The notes: generated by a model from the sequence alone, not told the origin. A DNA stretch of 28,930 bases from Minisyncoccota bacterium (GCA_028697615.1 JAQVET010000001.1:1-28930), one strand, 5' to 3'; counted from the first letter of the stretch, positions 8,962 to 17,611 are shown. Numbers and translations are program-made.

Positions 8962-10216
8962 ATTTTATTATAAAATTTAAAACCCTATCCAAGTCATTTT
9001 TTGAAACTGCTGGATTGGTTGGCAGATTAATTATCTTTGAAGCAACCTCCTCTGCTTTTCTACAAGAACCCATTCTATATTGCATTTTTGAAAGATCGGT
9101 CCCCGGCGGCATTATTGGACTTTGATACCATTGATCGTCAAATATGATACCATATTTTTTTGATTCTGACAAAATCTCCTTTTGATTTTCAACTAAAATC
9201 GGAAACATTTTTAAAAATTGAATGTCTCCCCTTTCCGTTGGAAGAATAAAATTATCTGGTAAATTTTCAAAATAAAATTTTGTATTTTCTTGCCGCCTTC
9301 TATTGAATTTTTCAAGTTTTAAAAATTGATTTTTCGCTAAAATTGTAAGAGCATTTGGAAATCTCTTTGGAAAAAAATTAGGTTTTCTCCCCTGCTTTTC
9401 TTCATATGAAGTGCCTTTTGAAAGAAGCTTAATTTTTTGGAAAAAATATAAAAGAAATTTACCAAATCCAGAATTATATGTTGGTAAAATAAGTGAAAAA
9501 ATAATTGGATGAAAAAGTTGCTGAAAAATCCAAAAATATGATGGATAATTTAAATCTTTCTGAAATTTTCTAATTTTAGATGCCAGTAAACTATTGCTAC
9601 TACCAGCCATACCACCAAATGTAGAGGAAATAATTTTGTCTCTACCAAAACTAAAAAAAGAAGCATCTCCAAATGTCCCAAGCAACTTACCTTTATATTT
9701 TACTCCAAGAGAGTGGGCACAATCTTCAATTAAAAAAAGATTATATTTTTTGCAAATTTCTTGAATTTTTTCAATATCTGCTGGCTGACTAAATGTATGT
9801 TGGACAATCACTGCTTTTGAATTTTTTGTTATTTTTTTCTCTAAATCAATAGGGTCTAAATTTAAATCTAAAAAGCCATTGTTATTTACTCCAACAATAT
9901 CAACAAAAACTGGCTTTGTTTGCTGCCACAAAATTGGATTTACCAAACTATTACATGTAAATGCTTGAATTAAAATTTCATCATTTTTTTTAATCGAAAG
10001 ACTATTTAAAATAGCAAAAAGAGCAGCCCGTCCGCTATTAAATGAAATAGCATCAACAAACTGAAAATAATCATTAAATATTTTTTCGAACTCGTAAATA
10101 AATTTTCCTTCTTTCCATATCCATGGTTGAAAAATTACCTTTAAGGCTAAAAGGGTATCATCTTTTTCTAAATTAGGCGCTAAAAAATTAGCAATCGGCC
10201 GAGAAAAACTTGACAT
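8939..10216 (-). CDS. DegT/DnrJ/EryC1/StrS-family PLP-dependent aminotransferase
   Basis: FNSGRAAL, QAFTC, PVFVDI, IVQHTF, LIEDCAHSLG, FSFGRDK (PLP Lys), GGM, INLPT; overlaps the femABX start by 23 bp. Confidence 0.9.
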   Translation of the reverse strand: MSSFSRPIANFLAPNLEKDDTLLALKVIFQPWIWKEGKFIYEFEKIFNDYFQFVDAISFNSGRAALFAILNSLSIKKNDEILIQAFTCNSLVNPILWQQTKPVFVDIVGVNNNGFLDLNLDPIDLEKKITKNSKAVIVQHTFSQPADIEKIQEICKKYNLFLIEDCAHSLGVKYKGKLLGTFGDASFFSFGRDKIISSTFGGMAGSSNSLLASKIRKFQKDLNYPSYFWIFQQLFHPIIFSLILPTYNSGFGKFLLYFFQKIKLLSKGTSYEEKQGRKPNFFPKRFPNALTILAKNQFLKLEKFNRRRQENTKFYFENLPDNFILPTERGDIQFLKMFPILVENQKEILSESKKYGIIFDDQWYQSPIMPPGTDLSKMQYRMGSCRKAEEVASKIINLPTNPAVSKNDLDRVLNFIIKYAKPIES

Positions 10217-10230
10217 AAAAAAATTAAAAA

Positions 10231-11562
10231 TTATTTAAAATTGAAAATTATTTTATATATATCTCCTGCTCCCATTATTAAAACAACATCATCTTTTTTT
10301 AATTTTGGCTTTAAAAATGAAGGAATATCCCGCCAATTTTTAATAAAATAAATTTCTTTCTCATGATTTTTCTTTAGAATCGCTTCTTTAAGATCGTTTG
10401 AGGAGATATCTTTATTTTTTTCCCTTCCAGCAACATCAAAAATTTCAGTTAAAATTATTTTATCCGCACTATTAAATGCTTGAGTAAAATCTGAAAAAAG
10501 TTTTTTTGTTCTTTGATATTGATGTGGTTGAAAAATGACCCAAAGCCGCCTTTTTGGAAATTTCTCCTTTGCTGCCTGAATCGTTGATTTGATTTCTGTC
10601 GGATGATGCGCGTAATCAGAAATTAAGGTAATTTTTGGTTTACTTCCACGAAGATACCCGTTTTTATCAGGATTTATAATTTCAAACCGACGCCAAGCAC
10701 CTTTATAATTTGCCAATGTATTAAAACTAATTTTATCAGAAATATTCAAAATCCTTGCTAATGTTAAAGCAGCCAGAGCATTTGAAACATTGTGTTTTCC
10801 TGGTATTTTTAAAATCTTTTTTAACTTTTTTGTATCCTTTTGATTAAGAGAATAAAATTTTATTTTAAATTGATAATTAACAGGTTTTACGCTTAATATC
10901 TTTTTAATATTTTTATCATCTTTATTTGCTATCAAAAATCCATCTTGAGGAAGGCGAAGTATATATTTTTTAAATGTATTTAAAATATGATCGAGATTTT
11001 TATAAAAATCCAAATGCTCTTTTTCAATATTTGTCAAAATAATAATTTTTGGAAAATAATTTAAGAACGATGCCCTATACTCATCTGCCTCGATCACAAG
11101 ATATTGACTTTTACCTTTTCTAAAATTTGAATTATTAAATTCCTTTAATTTTGTTCCAATAATTACTGTTGGATCGAGCCCTGCATTCTCTAAAATTAAT
11201 GAAACCATTGCTGATATTGTACTTTTACCATGCATTCCTGACACAGCAATGGTAAAATATTTTTTTGTTAATTCACCGAGTGCTTGGGGATAGGTCTTAA
11301 TTTTTATTTTTAATTTTTTTGCTCGAATAACCTCAGGATTACTTTGCGAAATAGCAGGGCTGCAAATTACTAAATTAACATCATTTTTTAAATTGCTTGC
11401 TTTGTGCTCTCCTATAAAAATTTTAGCTCCTTTTTTTTTAAGAAGCTTAATTATATCTGAATCAACTAAATCTGAACCAGAAACACGGTCTCCATTTGCA
11501 AGATAATATTGAGCCAAACCAGAAACCCCAATTCCTCCAATGCCAATAAAATGAATATTCAT
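10231..11562 (-). CDS. murC: UDP-N-acetylmuramate--L-alanine ligase
   Basis: IHFIGIGGIGVSGLA, VSGSD, P-loop AVSGMHGKST, EADEY, TNIEKEHLDF, PGKHNVSNA, RRFE, DYAHHPTEI, FQPHQYQRT, MGAGDI. Confidence 0.95.
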   Translation of the reverse strand: MNIHFIGIGGIGVSGLAQYYLANGDRVSGSDLVDSDIIKLLKKKGAKIFIGEHKASNLKNDVNLVICSPAISQSNPEVIRAKKLKIKIKTYPQALGELTKKYFTIAVSGMHGKSTISAMVSLILENAGLDPTVIIGTKLKEFNNSNFRKGKSQYLVIEADEYRASFLNYFPKIIILTNIEKEHLDFYKNLDHILNTFKKYILRLPQDGFLIANKDDKNIKKILSVKPVNYQFKIKFYSLNQKDTKKLKKILKIPGKHNVSNALAALTLARILNISDKISFNTLANYKGAWRRFEIINPDKNGYLRGSKPKITLISDYAHHPTEIKSTIQAAKEKFPKRRLWVIFQPHQYQRTKKLFSDFTQAFNSADKIILTEIFDVAGREKNKDISSNDLKEAILKKNHEKEIYFIKNWRDIPSFLKPKLKKDDVVLIMGAGDIYKIIFNFK

Positions 11563-11564
11563 AA

Positions 11565-12113
11565 TTAATTTAAAATAAAACTTTTTATTATTTTATATTC
11601 TGCTCCTGTTTTTTTCAATATACTTTCAAATAAAACAATTTTTTGGGCGGAAAATGGAATAAAAATTTCCTTTTGAAAAAAAACACCATAAAGTTCTTTT
11701 CCCCTTGCCCTGGCAATGGTAATATGAATTTGAAATGACCTTTTTTCTTTCTGAAAAAAAATATTTTGATTTTCTAAATTTCTTATTAATTTATTTCGTA
11801 AATTTTCAATTTCTAAATTTTTTTTACCTTGAATCCAAATAAGTCGTGGGTTTTCTCTTTTAGGCCCTAAACAAATTAAATTAAGTTCTATTAAAAATGG
11901 CTTAAACCCAAAAAGTGATTTTTGAATTGCAGATATAATACTGTCAATTTTATTTTCATCTTGCCAACCTAAAAATAAAATAGTTATATGAAGATTTTCA
12001 CGAGCCTGCCATTTTAAATTTAATTTTTTTAATTTTTTTTCTTTTTTATATAAAATGATTTCATTTTTTATCTCTTCTGGAATAGGAATAGCGATAAATA
12101 ATCTTTTTTTCAT
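11565..12113 (-). CDS. thpR: RNA 2',3'-cyclic phosphodiesterase (2H phosphoesterase, LigT family)
   Basis: RLFIAIP start, two HxT motifs (NLHITILFLG, IHITIAR), LFESIL...GAEY end. Confidence 0.9.
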   Translation of the reverse strand: MKKRLFIAIPIPEEIKNEIILYKKEKKLKKLNLKWQARENLHITILFLGWQDENKIDSIISAIQKSLFGFKPFLIELNLICLGPKRENPRLIWIQGKKNLEIENLRNKLIRNLENQNIFFQKEKRSFQIHITIARARGKELYGVFFQKEIFIPFSAQKIVLFESILKKTGAEYKIIKSFILN

Positions 12114-12124
12114 AGATAGTATGG

Positions 12125-12153
12125 ATTAAAGAATTAAAGAATTAAAGAATTAA
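12125..12153. repeat. Octamer tandem repeat (ATTAAAGA)x3 + ATTAA just upstream of thpR
   Basis: Read directly from the sequence. Confidence 0.85.
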
Positions 12154-12170
12154 CTTATAACTAACAACTT

Positions 12171-12197
12171 AAAACTAGTAACTTGAATATTTCGAAC
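12171..12197. repeat. Dispersed 27-bp element, copy 1 (AAAACTAGTAACTTGAATATTTCGAAC)
   Basis: 25/27 identical to 25931-25957, in the same orientation relative to the downstream minus-strand gene. Confidence 0.7.
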
Positions 12198-12304
12198 AAT
12201 TCGAACGTCTTTGGTTTTGACTTGTGTTTTTAACTTTTGGGTTATAATTTGGCGTATTTCGGCGTCTTTGGTAGCGTAAATCTGCTTTGATAATGTATTA
12301 TAAT

Positions 12305-12333
12305 ATTATAACCTTCTCTTGCATTTTCTGCAA
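12305..12333 (-). promoter_or_regulatory. Candidate sigma70-type promoter for the thpR-murC-...-pil run
   Basis: Minus strand TTGCAG (12333-12328), 17-nt spacer, perfect TATAAT (12310-12305). Confidence 0.65.
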
Positions 12334-12346
12334 GAAATGATAAAAT
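12319..12346 (+). promoter_or_regulatory. Candidate sigma70-type promoter for amrS (probably leaderless)
   Basis: TTGCAT (12319-12324), 16-nt spacer, extended -10 TG-a-TAAAAT (12341-12346). The ATG at 12354 is 8 nt after the -10 box. Confidence 0.55.
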
Positions 12347-12353
12347 TAAATGT

Positions 12354-13424
12354 ATGAAAGAAGCATTGCTTTATAAAACTATAGTAAAAAATCAATCTGT
12401 TCAATGTCGTGCTTGTAATCACTTTTGTATTATTGCACCAGGAAAAAGAGGAAAATGTGGAGTAAGAGAAAATAAATATGGTAAACTTTTTTCTCTTGTT
12501 TGGGGCAGAATTAATTCTTTAAACATCGATCCTATTGAAAAAAAACCGTTTTTTCATTTTTTACCCGGATCACAAACACTTTCTCTCTGCACAGTTGGCT
12601 GCAATTTTGCTTGCAGAAATTGTCAAAATTGGCAAATCTCACAAGGCCCTAAAATAGATGGGAAAATTGATGGACAAAATTTTCTCCCCCAAAAAATTAT
12701 AGAAATCGCTTTAAAATATAAAATCCCATCAATTTCTTATACATACACAGAACCAACTGTCTTCTTTGAATATGCTCTTGAAATAATGAAACTGGCAAAA
12801 CAAAAAGGAATAAAAAATTGCTGGATTTCTAATGGTTTTATGTCAAAAGATTTAATTGAAATAATTTCTCCTTATCTTGATGCTATTAATGTTGATCTTA
12901 AAAGTTTTTCAGAGGAATTTTATCAAAAATATTGTAAAGGTAGATTGCATCCTATTTTGGAAAATTTAAAAAATTTTAAAAAAAGAGGAATTTGGGTTGA
13001 GATTACGACTCTTTTTATATCTGACATTACTTCTATCTCGGATATTAAAAAAATAGCAAAATTTATTAAAAATGAATTGGGAAGCGAAACCCCCTGGCAT
13101 ATATCTAGATTCTTCCCAGAAATTTCTTGGCAATTAAGAACACTTCCATCTACACCAATTCAAGATATAAAAGATGCTTGTCAAATTGGACTTGATGAAG
13201 GTCTAAAATATGTTTATGCAGGTAATGTACCTGGCCTTGCCTCAGAAGACACATATTGCCCAAAATGTCATAAAAAAATGATAAATAGAACAGGATATTT
13301 TATCGAAAGATTCGATAAAAATGGAAAATGCTCAAATTGTCAAGAGGATTTAAATATTATTGAGCAAACAACAAAATTACCCAAAGAAGATAACGGAATA
13401 AAAATAAAAATACACGAAGAATAA
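12354..13424 (+). CDS. amrS: AmmeMemoRadiSam system radical SAM enzyme
   Basis: N-terminal C..C.H.C...G..G.CGVR, DPIEKKP.FHF.PG, GCNFACRNCQNWQISQ (CxxxCxxC), SYTYTEP, PWHISRFFP, YVYAGNV, C-terminal CPKC/CSNC. Confidence 0.92.
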   Translation: MKEALLYKTIVKNQSVQCRACNHFCIIAPGKRGKCGVRENKYGKLFSLVWGRINSLNIDPIEKKPFFHFLPGSQTLSLCTVGCNFACRNCQNWQISQGPKIDGKIDGQNFLPQKIIEIALKYKIPSISYTYTEPTVFFEYALEIMKLAKQKGIKNCWISNGFMSKDLIEIISPYLDAINVDLKSFSEEFYQKYCKGRLHPILENLKNFKKRGIWVEITTLFISDITSISDIKKIAKFIKNELGSETPWHISRFFPEISWQLRTLPSTPIQDIKDACQIGLDEGLKYVYAGNVPGLASEDTYCPKCHKKMINRTGYFIERFDKNGKCSNCQEDLNIIEQTTKLPKEDNGIKIKIHEE

Positions 13425-13426
13425 AA

Positions 13427-14224
13427 ATGTTAAAATTTGCTTGTATCAGTCCACATCCTCCGATTATTATTCCAACGATTGGCGAAATACAAGATTTAAA
13501 AAAAGTAAAAAATACTATCAAGGCTTTGGAAGACTTAAAAAATATCTTTGAAAAAAAAGAGATAGATTCTCTTTTAATTATATCACCCCATGCTCCATTT
13601 GATCCTTACTTTTTTACATTAAACATTAAAGATAAATTTATCGGTGGTTTTTCAAATTTTGGAGATTTAAAAACAAAAATGTCATTTGAGGGAGATATTG
13701 ATTTAGCAAAAAAAATTTTATTATCATTTAAAAATATTCCTATAAGAGAAATTAACTATCCTCTTCTTGATCACGGTACACTAGTGCCCCTTTATTATCT
13801 ATGTCAAAACAAAAAACCAAAAATTATAATTTTAAACTATTGCTTGCTTAATAATCAAATACATTTTGAATTTGGAAAAACTTTAGGAAAAATTATTCAA
13901 AATTCTGAGAAAAAAATTGGAATTATTGCTTCGGGTGATCTTTCTCATAGATTAACCCCCGATGCACCCGCAGGATTTTCAATAAAAGGAAAAGAGTTTG
14001 ATCAAAAATTAATAAAACTCTTAGAGAAAAAAGATATCAATGGTATTTTAAATATGGATCAAGATTTAGTTGAAAAAGCAGGAGAATGTGGCTATAGATC
14101 AATTATTATTTTACTTGGAACATTATCAAAAATTGGAATGGATAATGTAAATTTTGAAAAACTTTCATATGAGGGACCATTTGGTGTTGGCTACTTGGTT
14201 GCAAATTTTAAACTATTAATATAA
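13427..14224 (+). CDS. amrB: AmmeMemoRadiSam system protein B-type (Memo/LigB class III extradiol dioxygenase fold)
   Basis: SPHPP, ISPH, LDHGTLVPL, IASGDLSH, GECG, SYEGPFGVGY; starts 2 bp after amrS. Confidence 0.8.
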   Translation: MLKFACISPHPPIIIPTIGEIQDLKKVKNTIKALEDLKNIFEKKEIDSLLIISPHAPFDPYFFTLNIKDKFIGGFSNFGDLKTKMSFEGDIDLAKKILLSFKNIPIREINYPLLDHGTLVPLYYLCQNKKPKIIILNYCLLNNQIHFEFGKTLGKIIQNSEKKIGIIASGDLSHRLTPDAPAGFSIKGKEFDQKLIKLLEKKDINGILNMDQDLVEKAGECGYRSIIILLGTLSKIGMDNVNFEKLSYEGPFGVGYLVANFKLLI

Positions 14225-14295
14225 GGGCCCATAGTACAATGGTAATACACCGCATTCGCATTGCGGAGATGTGAGTTCGATTCTCACTGGGTCCA
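14225..14295 (+). tRNA. tRNA-Ala (anticodon CGC)
   Basis: D-loop AATGGTA, anticodon stem-loop CCGCA-TTCGCAT-TGCGG, T-arm GTGAG-TTCGATT-CTCAC, 3' acceptor strand TGGGTCC with U70 and discriminator A73 as in Ala tRNAs. CCA is not encoded. Confidence 0.93.
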
Positions 14296-14301
14296 ATATA
14301 T

Positions 14302-14327
14302 AAAATCGCGATTTATCGCGATTTTTT
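14302..14327 (+). terminator. Hairpin plus U-tract after tRNA-Ala (probable intrinsic terminator)
   Basis: AAAATCGCGA-TTTA-TCGCGATTTT perfect 10-bp stem followed by TT. Confidence 0.7.
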
Positions 14328-14392
14328 GATTAAAAAACTTGATTTTTAGGGGCAAAAAAGTTAATATATAATCTTGAAGCAATTTTTTATTT

Positions 14393-17300
14393 ATGGATTT
14401 TACTCATCTTCACGTACATTCTCACTACTCACTTCTTGATGGTTTATCAAAAATTGACCAACTTATTTTACTTGCTCAAAATCAAAGAATGAAATCCCTT
14501 GCTCTCACGGATCATGGGGCAATGTATGGAACGATTGAATTTTATAAAAAAGCAAAAGAGGCAGGAATTAAACCAATTATTGGAGAAGAATTTTATATTG
14601 CTCAGGAAAAAATGACTGACAAAAGACCGAATATAGACGATAAAAGATATCATTTAATACTTTTAGCAAAAAATTTAAAGGGCTATCAAAATTTAGTTAA
14701 ACTTACAACAAAGGCTAATCTTGAGGGATTTTATTATAAACCAAGAATTGATAATGAACTTTTAGAAAAACACTGTGAAGGACTTATTTGTCTTTCAGCA
14801 TGCCTTCAAGGGAGAATTCCAAGATTAATTTTGGCAAATAAGGTTGATGAAGCAGAAAAACTTGCGCTATTTTATAAAAATCTTTTTGGAAAAGATGGTT
14901 TTTATTTAGAAATTCAACACCACCCAAGTATTAAAGAACAGGAAAAAGTTAATAATATTTTGATTCAAATGGCAAAAAAATTAGATATTGGACTGGTTGC
15001 TACCAATGATGTCCATTATTTAAAAAAAGAAGATGCCGAAGCTCAAGATATTTTAATGCTTATAAATACAAATGCGAAACCAGATGATCCAGAAAGATTA
15101 ACTATGAAACAAGATGATTTTTCTTTCAAATCGCAAGAAGAAATGAAAAAGGATTTTAAAGATGTGCCTCAAGCCATTGAAAATACTCAAAAAATAGCCG
15201 AAATGTGTAATATAGAATTTAAATTAGGTGAAAATAAACTGCCATCTTTTCCTGTACCCAATGGTAAAACACCGATTCAATATTTAAAAGAAATATGCGA
15301 GAAAGGCATTAAAGAAAAATATCCAAATACTAATCCCGAAATTAAAGAAAGATTACGGTACGAACTCGAAGTCATTGAAAAAACAGGATTTGCATCATAT
15401 TTTTTAATTGTTTGGGATATTGTTAAATGGGCAAAGGAAAATGGAATAATTGTAGGTCCGGGACGTGGTAGTGTTGGTGGATCTCTTGTGGCTTATTTAT
15501 CAGGAATTACCGAAGTAGATCCAATAGAATATAATCTTCTTTTTGAAAGATTTTTAAATCCAGAGCGTATTTCGATGCCAGATATCGATCTTGATTTTGC
15601 TGATACAAGAAGAGACGAAGTAATAAATTATGCTCGCCAAAAATACGGAAAAGATAAAGTAGCACAAATTATTACTTTTGGAACAATGGCAGCAAGACAA
15701 GTAGTAAGAGATGTTGGTAGATCTCTTAAGTATCCATATTCTTTTTGCGATAAAATTGCCAAAATGATTCCAATGAATTTTACACTTCAGGAAGCACTTG
15801 AAAAAATTGCAGAGTTTCGCCAAGTGTTTGAACAAGATAAAAGGATAAAAAAATTAATTGAAATTTCCAAGAAACTTGAAGGTGTGGCTCGTCATGCATC
15901 GGTTCATGCCTGTGGAGTAGTTATATCAAGCGAACCCCTAACAAATCTTGTTCCCCTGCAAAATCCTCCACAAAACGAAGAAGGTATTATTACCCAATAC
16001 GAAATGCATTCGATAGAAGACTTAGGACTTTTAAAAATGGATTTTCTTGGACTTAAAAATTTAACAATAATTGAAGAGGCACTAAGGGTGATTAAGAAAA
16101 CCAAAGGAGAAGAAATTGATATTGGAAATCTTCCACTTGATGATAAAAAAACTTATAAGCTTCTTCAAAATGGAAATACCACAGGGGTTTTTCAATTGGA
16201 AAGCGATGGGATGAAAAAATATCTTATTCAACTTAAACCGACAAAAATTGAAGATATAATAGCAATGATTGCTCTTTATAGACCAGGCCCAATTGGTTTA
16301 ATACCAGAATATGTTGCAAGAAAAAATGGAAAGAAAAAAGTTGAATATTTACACCCGAAATTAAAACCTATTTTACAAGATACTTATGGAGTACTAATTT
16401 ATCAAGAACAACTTATGCAAATTGCTCAGCAATTAGCCGGTTTTACCTTAGCTGAAGCAGATATTTTAAGAAAAGCAGTAGGAAAAAAAATAAAATCTCT
16501 TCTGGGAGAGCAAAAAGAAAAACTTATCAAAGGAATGATGAAAAATAAAATTCCCCTCCAAACAGCAGAAAAAATATGGGAATGGATACTTCCCTTTGCA
16601 AGTTATGGTTTTAATAGAAGTCATGCTACTGCTTATGCAATTATCGCCTATCAAACAGCGTATCTTAAGGCACATTTTCCAGTAGAATTTATGGCTGTTT
16701 TAATGAATACAGAACAAAAAAACATTGATAGATTAACAATTTTAATAAACGAAGCGAAAAAAATGGGAATAAAGGTTCTGCCCCCAGATATAAATGAAAG
16801 TTTAAAAAAATTTACTGTTGTCAATGAAAAGACAATTCGTTTTGGATTGGGAGCAATCAAAAACGTTGGAGTAAATATTGTAGAAAAAATTGTCCAAGAA
16901 AGAAAAGAAAATGGCTCTTATAAATCAATAACTGATTTTTTGGAAAGGGTAAATGGAAATATTATAAATAAAAAATCTCTTGAAAGTTTGATTAAGGCAG
17001 GTGTTTTTGACACCATTGAAACAAGGCAAAAACTTTTATATAATCTTCAAAAGCTTTTGGATTTTGCTCAATTTTCAAATCGACAAAAAACAAATGGTCA
17101 AGCATCTCTTTTTCAAAACACAAATTCTAATATACCCCCTATTACTTTTGATGCTCCAGAAAAAAACGGCGATCCAAACCAAGAACTTTTTTGGGAAAAA
17201 GAACTTTTAGGAATTTTTGTATCTTCCCATCCAATGGAAAAAATTAAAAAAATATCAACACTTAATATAATACCAATAGAAAAAATAGGAAAATATCAAA

Positions 17301-17554
17301 AAAAAAGAAATGTTAGAATTGCGGGCGTTATCACAAAAATTAAAAAAACAGTTACAAGAAATGGTGAAAATATGCTTTTTGCTGAAACAGAAGATTCCAG
17401 TGGACGAATAGAAGCGCTTATATTCCCAAAAACACAAAGAGAATATTCATCATTAATTCAAGAAAATAAAATTGTTATGATGATGGGAAGAGTTTCTGAA
17501 AAAGACGGGGTGCCTAAAATTATATGCGAAGAGGTGAGAGAGATTAAAATTTAA
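14393..17554 (+). CDS. dnaE: DNA polymerase III alpha subunit
   Basis: PHP HLHVHS..SLLDG and TDHG, GPGRGS, catalytic PDIDLDF, LLKMDFLGL, GVFQLES, YGFNRSHA, clamp motif QASLF, C-terminal OB fold. No intein-sized insertion. Confidence 0.97.
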   Translation: MDFTHLHVHSHYSLLDGLSKIDQLILLAQNQRMKSLALTDHGAMYGTIEFYKKAKEAGIKPIIGEEFYIAQEKMTDKRPNIDDKRYHLILLAKNLKGYQNLVKLTTKANLEGFYYKPRIDNELLEKHCEGLICLSACLQGRIPRLILANKVDEAEKLALFYKNLFGKDGFYLEIQHHPSIKEQEKVNNILIQMAKKLDIGLVATNDVHYLKKEDAEAQDILMLINTNAKPDDPERLTMKQDDFSFKSQEEMKKDFKDVPQAIENTQKIAEMCNIEFKLGENKLPSFPVPNGKTPIQYLKEICEKGIKEKYPNTNPEIKERLRYELEVIEKTGFASYFLIVWDIVKWAKENGIIVGPGRGSVGGSLVAYLSGITEVDPIEYNLLFERFLNPERISMPDIDLDFADTRRDEVINYARQKYGKDKVAQIITFGTMAARQVVRDVGRSLKYPYSFCDKIAKMIPMNFTLQEALEKIAEFRQVFEQDKRIKKLIEISKKLEGVARHASVHACGVVISSEPLTNLVPLQNPPQNEEGIITQYEMHSIEDLGLLKMDFLGLKNLTIIEEALRVIKKTKGEEIDIGNLPLDDKKTYKLLQNGNTTGVFQLESDGMKKYLIQLKPTKIEDIIAMIALYRPGPIGLIPEYVARKNGKKKVEYLHPKLKPILQDTYGVLIYQEQLMQIAQQLAGFTLAEADILRKAVGKKIKSLLGEQKEKLIKGMMKNKIPLQTAEKIWEWILPFASYGFNRSHATAYAIIAYQTAYLKAHFPVEFMAVLMNTEQKNIDRLTILINEAKKMGIKVLPPDINESLKKFTVVNEKTIRFGLGAIKNVGVNIVEKIVQERKENGSYKSITDFLERVNGNIINKKSLESLIKAGVFDTIETRQKLLYNLQKLLDFAQFSNRQKTNGQASLFQNTNSNIPPITFDAPEKNGDPNQELFWEKELLGIFVSSHPMEKIKKISTLNIIPIEKIGKYQKKRNVRIAGVITKIKKTVTRNGENMLFAETEDSSGRIEALIFPKTQREYSSLIQENKIVMMMGRVSEKDGVPKIICEEVREIKI

Positions 17555-17611
17555 ATAATATTTTAATATTATAAAAATATTCATAAATAATGTAATAAAT
17601 TTTAAAATTTT

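Noticed and set aside
14225-14295. tRNA-Ala(CGC) as a dedicated non-ribosomal donor for the FemABX enzyme
   Set aside because: T-stem pairs 49-65, 50-64 and 51-63 (G-C, U-A, G-C) do not look like the weak EF-Tu-binding pattern of staphylococcal non-proteinogenic tRNAs, and there is no evidence beyond proximity.
14468-17437. Seven short ORFs overlapping dnaE (six antisense, one same-strand at 17001-17210)
   Set aside because: All are fully nested in dnaE with low-complexity translations and no independent signals.
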